In this document: one piece after another, positions 38,259 to 50,922 of the stretch | Position numbering within the stretch: the stretch's first letter is position 1 | Layout: each line of letters opens with the position of its first letter | Assembly (NCBI RefSeq): GCF_004010195.1 | Contig: NC_057718.1 | Coordinates: 59,817,622-59,881,621 of the forward strand | From: Chiloscyllium plagiosum | Taxonomy: Eukaryota | Direction of reading: 5' to 3' | DNA: 64,000 nucleotides | The notes under the pieces: model-generated | The model's input: only the letters and a program-made list of their open reading frames with translations | Databases searched by the model: none | Told to the model about the DNA's origin: nothing | Program-made: the position numbers and the translations under genes

Positions 38259-40694
38259 TTCAGTCCAGAGTGTTAGGTTTGGTTGATTGTTCTCCTCGAG
38301 TGGCTGTGTAAATTGGAATTCCAGGCTGAACAATAGCCCCAGACAGAAATCATTCCGGCTGTGTGTGTTTTTGTTGCAGACTGGGCTCAGGATTTTGTCC
38401 AGTACTTTTTAGATATTAGAAAAATCCAGGGTCTTGTCCAGTATTTTAGATGATGGAGGTTTTCGCTCAATTCTGTACCCCTGAGGTGGGTATGGTTATC
38501 GGGAGCAGGGGTGTCTTTAAACATATCTTCTCTTTCTAAGGCCTAACTCTCTTCATGGCTAAAGATGACTTGCTTACGCACTTGGAATAAGTTCTTGGGT
38601 GACTTAAGAATCCAATGTATCAACTACAGTCTCTGTCATGTCTGGGTGGGGTATCTGAGTTGCCATATGATCCTTTCTCTCTTGATGCTTGACTTCAGGT
38701 TGTCAGTGTGGAAACTCCAGGTGTACATATCTTTCCCAGATGCTTTCCCTTTATGTTGGATGGTCTTGGATGTGTCTTACACCTCACTGGAGTAATGTGC
38801 TGGAAATTAGCCCCCACAATTTCTTGAGTCATCACTAAAGTTAAAAATTGTATCAGACTATGCAAAGTCACCAATTTACCAGTTGGTTAGACCGAAGTTA
38901 ATAGAAAACATAGGGCAGGTTTTTGTACTTAACAGAAAGGACTATTTATTATAAATAAGTAGATTCTAACCACAGCTAAACAATTATGAACCATCGACTT
39001 TTAACCCTACTAGATACCCCACTCCAGTACTCTTCTAAAGCATCCCTATCCATGCATGCAGACAGAATCAGACAAACTAAAAAAAAAATGGTGTTATGGG
39101 TAGTGGGAAGAAAAACCAGAAACCAATTTAAAATCATCAGTCGGGCTCAGAGTAGGATGCATAGGTACATGCCATAAGCTGCATTTATTAATGTACAGTT
39201 CTCTGATTGTGTCGTCAGGATGAGTTCATATATACAACGTACCTTTTCCAAGGAGAAAATTAGGGGTTATGAAGACTGCCAACTCTTCTGTATTTCCCTG
39301 TGCACTCAGGGTCTATCTGCCTGGTCTGCAGACTGATACTGATGGTTAACTGTACTTGCTGCGTCTCCATGTCAGTGTTAAATTAAACAACCAACCCCTC
39401 TTCTCATGTTGCTTGAATTGATGTCCCTTTTTCCCAGCCTGTTTCTTTCATTTGGTTCCTGATGAGTGCAATGAAAAAAACTTTGACTTCTTGTCTCTGA
39501 CTAACAATGTTTAATTTTCACATTTTATTATAAAGAAGACTTGGAGCTCATTTATTAATTCTATCGCATGGTTTCTTTAATAAGTGAGAGTTGACAAAAA
39601 GTTAGTTTACAAAATTTATAAGTGTCAGAGCAGAATTGGAAAATAAGTAAAATAACTAGTAAATTAATGGGAAAAGGAGAGTTCGAAAAATGATGCAAGG
39701 TTTAAGATAACTGAAATTAAAAATTAAGGCCCTGAAAATTGCAGAGTCATGGACATTCACATAAATATGGTGAATGGACTACAGATTCACAACTCCTGCC
39801 TCTTTCTGACTGATCCCATGTTGTCCTGAAGTGGCAGCTCTGGATAACCAGTGCATGACTTGAAGCAGGACTGCATTTTAAAAATGCACCACTGTCTGGA
39901 ACTCCTGCAGTGGGGAGGTCTTCTGTTTGTAGCAAGAGGGAAGATACAACAAGTAGGGCTCCATATGGGTGTGGTGCATCACATCAGATGTTGGTGTGCG
40001 TGACTATTGTTACCTAAATATAGGCAATTGCCCATTTGTAAAGACTTGTCAGGCAGTTTATTACGTTCTGTTAAGAAGCAGCAGCTTCAATATGGTATCT
40101 TATTTAATTAGACAACTGAAGAATACAATTACAACAATTGAGGAACAATTGATCTCAGAAGATGAACATTCTGTTGGCACAGACTCTGTTGGTCTTATTA
40201 AAGTTGTTAAAGAATGAGCATCTCCTTTGCTCATTTTTCTTCTCTTCTGGGCTAACTTCAGCCTGGCAAAGACAGCTCCCTGATAAGGACTGGCAGCTAC
40301 AGGGAGTACCTGACAAAGACTGCCCGCTGATGCTGAATTCTTATACTCTCCATCTAGGGGCTGGTAGTTTACAGTTTTCAACACCCCCACCCCCACCCCC
40401 ACCTCAGGACTTGTCACTCTCCCTGGGAAATGGCACTCTCTATCGCACCTGTTGACTCTCACTCACCCCAACCTAACCGAAAACCTTCACCACTTACCTG
40501 TACCCTTTCCAACTTTTACCCTGGCATCCTACCTACCTACACTACCCCCACCAACCTGGCATTCCATCTTGCTGGCAGTCTAACTTCACACTTACCCTGT
40601 ATGCGTACCCTTTCTCAGAAGCTGACAAAGTGGTTGTCTGTGATGTTGGACCTTTAACTCACAGAGTATGACAGCAGGCTGCTGTATAAAAGGG

Positions 40695-40805
40695 AGGTGC
40701 CGGTGTTGGACTGGAGTGGACAAAGTCAAAAATCACATGACACTGGGCTATAGTCTAACAGGTTTATTTGAAACTATAAGCTTTTGGAGTCCTTGCTCAT
40801 TCTGA
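40695..40805 (-). mobile_element. probable PLE 3' terminal fragment of another family, hammerhead core eroded
   Basis: Minus strand GAGCAAGGACTCCAAAAGCTT...AAATAAACCTGTTAGACTATAGCC...CCAGTCCAACACCGGCACCTCC. Retains a stem II-like hairpin and a palindromic AAGCTT. Recognised from memory of shark repeats. Confidence 0.45.
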
Positions 40806-42328
40806 GAGAGAGAATATATTGGATACAGAATGTATAGAAAAAGATCAGACACAGAATCTACAGTAAAGGGAGCATGGTTTGGCTTCCCCAGACTATACTT
40901 TTCCACTGTGAGGGATCTGTCGGATTTAAAGTGCAGCTCTGCATTTTTGGAAGTGAGTTGACTGGAATGTCGTGTCTGAAACTCAGAGCATTTTCTTGCT
41001 GCGAAAACAAAGGAACAGACTGGCAGTCTGCGCATGGTTGCACCTCCTTGGAAAATCTGGCCCATTATGGTCTGGAATTTACAGTCTAAAAGTGTTTTAT
41101 TAACTAATTCATTTGTAACTTTGCAAAAGTAATTGCATTTTAACTCGAAAAAGAAAATAAATGTAAGGTTGGGAAGTAAGAGCAAAGGAAGGCGACTAAT
41201 TGGTTGATCTTTCAATAAAAAACAGGCAAAGTATAGACAGAAGAAACAGCTTGGACTAGGAAGAGAATATAAACCAGCCACAATAGGAAAGACAGATCCT
41301 TAGAGAAGGGGAGCTTTGGAAGTGACTTGGAGCTCTAAGAATAAAGTTAGATTTCTCTGATGGCAAGAAGGGGAAATTTGGCAGATAATGGGGCAAAAAT
41401 GAGACTGAGAAGGATAAAAGGTAAAGGGAATTCTTAAACTTCAAACCGAGCATTGAGATCATTGAGAGCAGGCTTCATGAGGTACGGTTACAGTAAACTG
41501 AACAATGGCAAGAAAATTAAATAAATGGTTCAGTATCAGATAAGTGGCGCAGTTAATTTAAGGGTCAAATAGGCAAATTTAAATGATTTGAAAGAAAAGT
41601 CTAACAGAAAAAAAATATTAAAAGGATCTTAAAACTTTAGAAGATTGAGATGCATAACTTAACAAGCCCGAGGCCCAGTATCACAGCCTTTATGCTATTG
41701 CAGGACCTTTAAGTGACATTTCTTGCAAGCCTCCTCCCCCTCCCGCTATGGCATACCTTCCCGCAATTGTCTAAAAATGGGTGCTCCTGTATTTCTATAC
41801 AGCTAGGAAATCAGGCTGAGATCTGTATTAGCTGCTATTTGTTTTCACACACGAGCACAGTAAGTGGAACTCCTTCCTGTTCTTGAAGGAGAGAATGCAG
41901 AACAATCTAAATGCTCCGCCAATTATACCTTTGCACTCAGGAAAATTCAGAGAGATGGGGAAATTGGAATAGTAATATATTTCTGTCTCCTTATAAAAAA
42001 GGTAGGGAATGCTTTTGGTGGATAAATGAACAACAAATTAATTGATTTTGCCAGTGTCACCAGTTATAGCCAGAATATGCTCATGTTAGAAAATCTGGGA
42101 GTCATGATTAACCTGATAGCCACAGACAGTGCAAAATTAAAACTGGGAACATTTTGAAACCGAAGATATCCTTCAAACCAGAGAGCAAACAGACTTTGTT
42201 CTTCAAGTTAGGGTCCTGACCCAGTCTGGAGGCCATTGACAAAAAGTGTAAAGATGTTTATACCTTGTAGAATTTGTAGGAGTGGTGATGCTCATCCAGA
42301 CTACACAAAACAAGTGCAGATAGCATAT

Positions 42329-42503
42329 AGATGAGCAGGTCAGGTGAATTGGCCATGCTAAATTGCCCATAGCGTTGGGTGCATTAGCCGGGGTAAACAT
42401 AGGGTAGGGGAATGAGTCAGGGTGGGTTACTCTTCAGAGGGTCGGTGTGGACTTGTTGGGCCGAAGGGCCTGTTTCCATACTGTAGGGAGTCTAATCTAA
42501 TCT
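42329..42503 (+). mobile_element. HE1-type SINE, 3' half
   Basis: GTCAGGTGAATTGGCCATGCTAAATTGCCC...GGGTCGGTGTGGACTTGTTGGGCCGAAGGGCCTGTTTCC...(TCTAA)n. Confidence 0.88.
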
Positions 42504-45500
42504 GTTATTTCAACTGTTATTTGAAAATGGTGACAAATAATACAAATATTACTTAGAATCAATTGATTTTCCACTTAATAACTTGTCCAGCAGAAAATTT
42601 TAGGATGGTTAGTGCTATTTGAGAGTGATTTTGATTTGCTTTGCTACATCATTTATATAGATAGGTCTTTGTTGAAAGTTTATCATTTTGGTAAATTTCA
42701 ATTGGTCAAATATACACTAGAGGTAATGAAAGTGTGTGTGAAAATACTAGCAGGAAAGTGGGAACAAAATGATGAAGTGTTGAAAAAAGACCATCTACAG
42801 AAGTAAGCACTAGCATGATTAGAAAAACGTAATTTCATTTATGACCCTTAACTTTTAAAGTTCATGCAGTGTTCTTGATCCAGCTCATTTTCATTTATTA
42901 ACAGAATTTGTGATATTTATGCTATGCAACACATGCTAATCTGTTAAGGCTAGAAATTACTCTCCAGTTGGTGAAAATGAAGTTAGCAGAGGACAAACTG
43001 TTCAGTGAGTCATATCTTGTTCCAGCTTCAAGATATTGTGCTAGGAAAATATCATTCTGTGACATTATTTAATAAGTTCTGTAATTTGTTTTATTATTCC
43101 ATGATATTTCTGTTTAGTCCTGACTTTCAGATGTGTAAAAATGCTACTGGGTGAAAAGAGATATTACTCATTTCAACCTTGTTAAACTGCTTCAATGATT
43201 TGAAATCTGTAAACCAGAATTTTGTGTTTTACCAGGCATAGGCAGTTTAATTTACTTGAAAGTAAAGGATTATTTTGCTTACACTCCTACAATTGTCATT
43301 GCAGTTTTTTTTTGTTAAACTGAAGCATTATATAAGTAATTCTTCCTTGTTCTAAGTGGCAGACAATCCCAGATTAATTGATACTGTTATAGCCAGTTGC
43401 TTGGCTGATCTGTAGATGGGCAGAACATTTCTTTTATCTCAGCTTCAATGATAAAGTAGAACATCCTCTGAATGTTACCTTCGGTAAGAGTTATGTTATG
43501 TGACATTACACTAATATCTCAGAAGATCACTTGTATAGTTATTTAGATGATAATTATATAATAAAACTTGCAAATTTTGGGGGGAAATAAAATTCATCCA
43601 ATTTTCTTATCAATAATTATCTGTTGGAATTCATAACTGGTCAGATTCACAACTTAAATAGAACTCAATATGTGCTGGAAACATCAAATTTTGAAAAGTA
43701 ATTCCTTCAATTTGAGTCTGAATCCTCTGGATTTATCATATTAATGTATAGTGCTGTATTTATGTTTTAGTATTTGATGGCTTTCTTACATTGATTATTT
43801 AAGCAGAGGGCATTGTGATCTTGTCTTGCCTGATTTGGAACGAACATAATAACTTCAAGATACCTCCGTACATTTCATAATGCTGGTCATTGTGTTCTGG
43901 TTATTGAATTTTACAGATTGAGATTGACTTTCCAATGAATAACTCACTTTAATTAATGTAAAAAAAAGCCTAGCTACTTCTGGATAGGAACATTTTTCAA
44001 TTTGAAAAGTCAAAAAATGCTACCCAGATTGACCAAAATAAGCATCTACCATCTATTAAAGATGCACCAGTTTATTTTCAGGGATTCAAATAAAATAAAT
44101 CATAAAATGTTAATGCTTAGTAATGTTTCCTTTGCATAGATACAGATAACTGTATATTTATAACATTTCTTCAACTCTCACATTTCAATGGCTCATTGTG
44201 CACAATGAAGATGAGGTACATAAAGTGGGACAATTCCAGCCTTGAAACCTATTTATTTCTAAGTCACTTGTTCTAACCTGCGATAGCCATATGAGAATTA
44301 ATTGGTTTTATCATCAAGGGGTTCAGGTGCAGAAAATCAAACAGGTTTTTAGTTTTGATTGCAGAGAGTGACTTGAGTGTTATATTATGTGTACGCATGT
44401 GCCTAAAAATGGATCAATGTATTTCACTAAGTGTAATTGTTCCATAGTCAATAGCTTTCTATTACTCACTGTTAAGGCTCACTCCTGGAGAATGACCAAC
44501 TTGCTCAAATGCCAGAGACGAGAAGCTGCTGGGGGAAATGAACTGCATCGAGGGCTTTGTCTCTTTAAGATAGTAAACAAGAATTCTGGAGAGGATTAAA
44601 ACATTTCAGGATTAAAACATTCAGTAATTTCCACTCATTTCAGAAAGGCAGAAATCTGGTTTCAAATCTAAAGATTTAGATGTTTGGATAACTCTTTTCC
44701 TGGCTACATTGCTGAGTAAAAGGAAGGAAAGGAAATTGTCAGCACTGGCCAAGGACCACATTTGTCTCTGCTTAAAATTCCAGGTAGGACCTGTAAAGAC
44801 CACTTATGATTAGTTAATCAGAAGCTTTGTAAAGAAATGTATTTAGGTCAAGTAGTTCATTCAGTTTCATAGTTTCACCATACTAATAACATACTCATTC
44901 TCTTACAGTGAATAAATTATAGTATATTGCACTTACAAATCTAGGTCAACCTTCAGTATGAAAATGAAAAATGTACATTCTTTTCTTAACTTAGTGAGCG
45001 GGTATGAGCATTTGAACAATAATATGTATTTCATTAAAGTTAAACTTGAAATTAAAGATTTAATCAGAGAAACATATAGTTATATAAAGAATGAATGTGA
45101 TTGTTGAAAAGTTACATCATAAAAAAAACTTGGGTCTCAGTTTTTAATAGCTTTTCTGTCTGCATTCATATTCATGGAAAGGATTATTACAATTTCTTGG
45201 AAGATATTGTATTATTGAACTGTATGGCCTGAATTTTTAACTCAAATCAAGACATGCTAATATCGTGTATTTAGTAGTATGAAAGCTAATGTTTTCGCAT
45301 TCAACATAAACAATTTCCTAATGGTATTTGTTTCTGTAACTATAAAACAAAACATAGTTGATACAAACACCGTGTGGTTTAATGTCTGGAAAACATTGGA
45401 GATGCCTTAAATAAGTCAAACATAATGGTAAGCTGATTAATATATTTTACCATCAGAACCTGGTCCACCAAAATTCTTCATAATAAATTCAAACAATGGC

Positions 45501-45663
45501 CCATGGTATTGCTAGGTCTAAGAAAAACCAAAATAGCAGTGCACAGCACAGATGTGAAAGGGATAACAAGCAGTTCTGCTCCACTTAACAGCAAATTTCA
45601 CAGCAGAATGAAACCTATCATAATGATTCAGTTACACAATTTTAATCTTGAACTTATTTGAGC

Positions 45664-45997
45664 AGAATCTTTATATTGTGGAAGCAGGCCCTTTGGCCCC
45701 TCAAGTCCACATTGACCCAAAGAGCAGTCCACCTCGACCCACCCTATCCCTGTAACTTTGTATTTCCCATGGTAATCCACTTAAGCTGTACATCCCTGGA
45801 TACTATGGACAATTTAGCATAGCCAACCCACCTAACCTGACCATCTTTGGACTGTGGGAGGAAACTGGAACACCCAGAGGAAACTTATGTAGACACAGGG
45901 AAAATGTGCAAACTCCATGCAGACAGTTGCCTGAAGGTGGAATCGAACCAGGGTCCCTGGCGCTGTGTGTGAGCAGTGGTAACTGCTGAGGCACCAT
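45664..45997 (-). mobile_element. HE1-type V-SINE
   Basis: Reverse complement of tRNA head (B-box GGTTCGATTCC), V domain and CR1-type tail. Confidence 0.9.
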
Positions 45998-46280
45998 GTA
46001 TCCCAGCTTGTTTAGCTTAATGAAAGAAAGTATGCTTAAAAATTAGGAATGCTATCTGTTGACAGAGTAATATGCTCTGTTTATTTAACATTGCATTATC
46101 AGGAGCATCTTCATATTTTTTCCAGATTTGCCATTATGGATACTTGTTCTTATCTTGCAATTGGTAGCTGTTTGACCTAAATAGCAAGATCTGTCTTGGC
46201 ATTGACTGTAAGTGCCTCCCTTTTGATAGTAGAGATTTAAGGCACTTGCTGTTGTGAGGGTATTTAGATGTAGACGTTTA

Positions 46281-46412
46281 TAGAATCATAGAATTTTACA
46301 GGACAGAAGGAGGTCATTTGATCCATCTGTCTATAGTGTAACTCAAAGCAGCAACCAGCTAGTCCCAGTTTCCATCCCATCTCCATTTCCCTCTAAATTA
46401 ATCACTTTCTAA
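46281..46412 (-). mobile_element. CR1 3' tail fragment
   Basis: TAGAATCATAGAA terminal repeat followed by ACAG.ACAGAAGGAGG.CATT. Confidence 0.6.
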
Positions 46413-46415
46413 TAT

Positions 46416-46958
46416 ACTGAAAACAAAAAATGCTTTAGATCACAACAGGTCAGACAGCATCCGTGGAGACAAAGCAAGGTAACATTTCAAGTCTAGATGA
46501 CTCTTCATCAAAGCTGAAGTGAAATGTGGAGGGGGCAGCATTTATCCTATAGTTGGGGCGTGGGAGGTATCAATGGTGGGGGAGTGGAGTGTAGAGTGCT
46601 GCGGGAGAAATTATGTTCAGAGCAAGTGATTGGAATATGAGAATAGCAGTACATTGGTGTGTCTAACTGCCAGACTAGAAAGAACAGACTGTCTCACTGG
46701 GATGGAGGAGAGGGGCAAGAGAGGACATGGTAACAGATAATGTAACAAGTAAAGCTAAAAGAAAGTTGGGAGTTGGTTCACAGTTTAAAGATGTTGAACT
46801 CAATATTAAGTCCAGCAGGCTGTAGAGTGCCTTGTCTGAAGATAAGATGTTGTTCCTTCAGTTTATGCTTTGATTCACTGGAGCATAACAGCATGCTGAG
46901 GCTGGACAAGTGGGCATATAAGCAGGATGTGTAGCCTGTTATTTTAATACTGTAGCAT
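46416..46958 (-). mobile_element. Penelope-like element 3' end: GIY-YIG-region ORF C-terminus, 3' UTR and hammerhead-bearing pLTR
   Basis: ORF 46778-46972 ends SMLLCSSESKHKLKEQHLIFRQGTLQPAGLNIEFNIF (PLE 'E..LI..LGTL.P.GLN' motif). Downstream TTGATGA-A-GAGTC-ATCTA-GACTT-GAAA-TGTT at 46477-46514. Confidence 0.85.
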
Positions 46959-46961
46959 TTG

Positions 46962-47483
46962 AAATCCCCCATCCTAGGGAAAAGACAACCACCATTAACT
47001 CTCTATACCCTGCATTATTTTGCAAGCTTCTATAAGGTTGCCTCTCAGTCTCCTATGGTCCAGTGGAAGAAGTCCCAGCCTATCCAGTTTTTCTTTATAA
47101 CTCAAACCTTCCATATCTTGCAACATCTTGGTGAATCTCTTGTGAAGACTCTCCAGCTTAATAATATCCTTCCTAAAACTGGGCAACCAGAGCTGGACAC
47201 ATTAGGCCTCACAATGTCCTATACAAAGTCAACATGATTTCCCAACTCCTATATTCAAAGGACTGAGCAAAAACGACAAGCATGCTAGATGCTTTTTTAA
47301 CCACCATGCCTATATGTGATACAAACTTCAAATAATTATGTACCTGAACTACTGGGTCCCTCTGTTCTACAACACTACTCAATTGTATAAGCCTCAATTG
47401 CATACCATTAATTGTATAAGCCCTACCCTTGATTGTTGCATCAAAATGCACTACCTCACATTTATCCAGATTGAACTCCATCT
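46962..47483 (-). mobile_element. CR1 ORF2 3' fragment
   Basis: MEFNLDKCEVVHF...YRSWEIMLTLYRTL and KDIIKLESLHKRFTKML...RLRGNLIEACKIM. Confidence 0.9.
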
Positions 47484-47532
47484 GGTTGTCCTGTTTCTGT
47501 GCTCAATAATCTCAGTAAATCTTGTTAAAATG

Positions 47533-47700
47533 AACCCAAAGAGCTGTGAATGCTATAAATCAGAAACAAAAACAGAAATTGCTGTAAAAACTCAGCAGGT
47601 TTTACAGCATCTGGGGAGGGAAAGCAGAGTTAATATTTCAGGTCCACTGACCTTTCTTCAGAGCTGTTCTGCTGAGATTTTGCTCTAATTTCTGTTTTTG
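47533..47700 (-). mobile_element. PLE family B pLTR with short inverted arm and hammerhead motif
   Basis: Minus strand AGCT-CTGAAGA-A-AGGTC-AGTG-GACCT-GAAA-TATT-AACT (47628-47665). 47669-47700 is an imperfect inverted copy of 47568-47598. Confidence 0.75.
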
Positions 47701-48350
47701 TAAATAATTCTTGTCCCTGCCCTCCATCTGAAATGACCCATTTCAGAGTAAAGAGGAGTTCATCCTAACTTATCCATGGGTTACTTTGGTGGTAGCTCCA
47801 TTGAAGTTTAGGGTTGCAATTTGCTTTCACTGTCTTAATCTTTTGACTGTCCCCACACACAAAAAATAACTCATCCTTTCCCTACTTCACTAGCTGCTTC
47901 ACTTTACTGGGCTCCCATTTCTGTTCTATGATTGTTGCCATTCTCGTTTACTGCTACCCAACTGGGATTGACCTTCCAATTCCATACAGGCAGAATCTAA
48001 TATTCAGACAACTAGACCCAGACATGAAGCAAGCACCTTCAGTTAGTTTGCCCCAGTTGCTAAATTCATAGCTTAGGTTGCAGACCCTTGTAGCCAGCCA
48101 GTTTGGCTCCAGATTCCAGTCTACAGTCACAAAGGTCTGGACATTAATCTTCAGTGCTTACCAAGCCCTGACTTTGACTGCAATTATCAGCATGTAAACC
48201 TTCTTTAATAACGCCCAGACATTCACCACCAGGCTCCGGACTCACTAATCAATTTTCGGATTCATTCTCTTCAACCGTCAACAGGACCTAGGTTCTCTTC
48301 CTTTCTTTCCCCCACCATTAGGCCTAAATATATTTGACTATTATTTGGTC

Positions 48351-48440
48351 CCTGAAAAGTGTGTTGCTGGAAAAGCGCAGCAGGTCAGGCAGCATCCAAG
48401 GAGCAGGAGAATCGACGTTTCGGGCATAAGCCCTTCTTCA
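48351..48440 (-). mobile_element. PLE family A pLTR arm, young and tail-less
   Basis: CpGs retained. Minus strand TTGAAGA-A-GGGC-TTAT-GCCC-GAAA-CGTC-GATT. Confidence 0.85.
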
Positions 48441-50534
48441 AGAACATGAGTCTCCAATAGTTCAATGATTCTTCATCATGCTTCAGATTTTCAGCTCATT
48501 TGAAAATTGAATTCATGGACATTATGTCCTCACTCAATTTGACTTTCCATATCAAGTCTCAAATCTTCTACCACAGGGAGTCCCTTGACGTTATCATTGC
48601 AATATTTCCATGTACATTTCCCTGCCTACTTCAATGTCCTTATACCTACTTTATGCTGTGACAAAGAAACCTTTCCAGGTCTTTGGTTCCAACTCTCAGA
48701 TTCTTACCTTTTTCGCCAATGATTTTGTTCATGTTTTAACACCTAAATCCACATCAAATGTAGATGACGTTAGACATTGCTGATTTTTCTCATGAGGACC
48801 TTTAGATACTGCTCCTAACTCAGCTGAAACATAGATGCCTGTCAGAAGAACTAGTGGTTTATTAATGAAATTAATTCTGAAATGATTACATAGAATGTAT
48901 AAAGAAGTATTATTTCTGCTGATTGTATAGACACTGACAGAGGAATTCATAATTTAATAGTCCATAAGAATGCAGGAGATCAGATAGAAGAAATTTGTTT
49001 TTGCAATGTGCTTAATGAACATAGAGAATGATTGAGGCCAGAGATCATTTTAAAAGAAATGGACACATTTTTGATTTGAGTAATGATTTAGAAAAACGAG
49101 AGGTTAGGGCATTGGGATTAATCATAAATTGCTAGCAATGACATCAAATAAACAGAATTATCAGTTGCTTCCCACCCATATGCATTTTCTGCATATGTTT
49201 AATTCGTGCTTAGTAACCACACAAAGTTCACCTCAAATACAGAAAAACTCAAAATGATTTTCAATGTTGCAGAACATAATGGAATTTACAATTTACCAAC
49301 AGGCTGACAGTCCACATTATATGTCACAGGAAATTTAAAATGCCCATATCCATATTTTTTTAAAGAAAATTAAACAAAAATTATTTCCATTTCAATCCAA
49401 CTTGTGTTCTGTCACCAGTAGTGCCAATTCTGGAAGTGAAGCAAAGTGAAACAAATGATAGATAATTTTTTTTTTTAAATCTAGTGTTTGTTTCACTTCA
49501 TTTATGTCAAGAAATGTATATCAAAAATGTAGCCAATAAAAATAAACCTTCACTGGAAGTACCAGCAGTGCTTATTCCAGGAGATTCCTGCAATAAAAAA
49601 TTGAAAAGTTAAATATTAGCAATTTGTATGTTGCATTTAATTTATTTCAAAATAAACAATAATAAGTATTCCTTTAACCATTAGCTAATTGTAAAAGACT
49701 TTGGCCTTAATTATGCTTGTAGCTAAATATGTAGTGGAAGTAATGTCCAGTTGATTAGTTCTGACAACCTTCAGTTCCACCTTCTAACTGATTTTGACAG
49801 TTGATGCCAACTAACTTTAAATCGAGTGAACACCGCTCCTGTTATTATGAAAAAAAGTTGACACATGAGCTGAAACGTTCACTTAGAGAATAATATTTGG
49901 CAGCTAAGAAAGGACAGGATCAGGTTTAGCTGCGATAACTTCTTGGACCGAAGAGAATGGCAGCTCTCAAGTTTTGTTCTGGCTGCTATTGTAGCAAGTT
50001 ATAGCATCCAGCCAATGCTTAACAACATTGTTGTCTCGTCAGCTGATGAGGTGGTCAATATTCAGTGAACTTTCTGCTGAGGTGACTTGGAAGGCAGAGG
50101 GGTACTTAATTATGCACAGAGTGAATTCAGGCTTCTTTCTGGCTTCTGCCCCAATTAAGTCGAGGGCAGAAGGACTTGTGGACTACCTTGCTGCAATCCC
50201 TTCCAATCAAAGGCAATGAATTCACTCAGTGGTTGCTTTCCTTCCCTGCTGCTTTTCAACCAGTGGCAGGGACTCTGATAAGCATAAACCTGTCAGGGTG
50301 GAGTGGTTCATCATTCAAAGGCACTCAATCCCTCATCAAGGTAATCTGTATCAGAGAGGGGAAACACTACTCCCCTACTCCTACTCCCTACTCCCAGCAA
50401 CACCCTCACTTTGCAACTTCCATTGCAACTCACATTGAGCAGTGGCCTGACTTTAGGCTTCTGGTGGATGCATTGTCAGTGGTTACCACCCAGCCCTGAT
50501 GTGCCAAACTGCTTAGATAGATCTCACTGAAATA

Positions 50535-50720
50535 CTTGTGTTCTAGAAATAGTCACACCCTTAACGAAGCAGATCCAGTACATTTACAACACTAGCATCT
50601 ATCTGGTAATGTGAAAAATTATTTAAGTATGACCTAACCTCAAAAAGGAAGACAAATCCAACTCAGTCAATTAATACTCTATTAGTCTCCTCTTGATTTT
50701 CAGCAAAATGTTGAAAGGTT
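50535..50720 (+). mobile_element. fragment of the same CR1/L2-group LINE as 31120-32550
   Basis: Homologous to 32400-32550 (CTTGTG.TC.AGAA...CCAGTACA.TTACAAC...AAAAAG.A.GACAAATCCAA). Confidence 0.6.
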
Positions 50721-50734
50721 TTGAATACAGTTTG

Positions 50735-50922
50735 TCCATAAACTTTGATTCCTGATTAAAAATCTGTCTCAGCCTTGAATATACTTAATGACCCAACTTT
50801 GCCAGTACTGTGAGATAAAGAATTCCACAGATTCACTATCCTCTCTGTGAAGAAACTCACCCTTATCTCTATCTTAACTGGATGACCTTTACTCTGAGAT
50901 CATACCCTCTGGTCCTAGACTC
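50735..50922 (-). mobile_element. CR1 3' region fragment
   Basis: AGAATTCCACAGATTCAC...GAAGAAA...CCCTCTGGTCCTAGACTCT, similar to 22150-22270. Confidence 0.65.

Noticed and set aside
40748..41281. 177-aa minus-strand ORF
   Set aside because: Low-complexity F/L/C-rich composition, no recognisable motif, and it ends in a repeat fragment.
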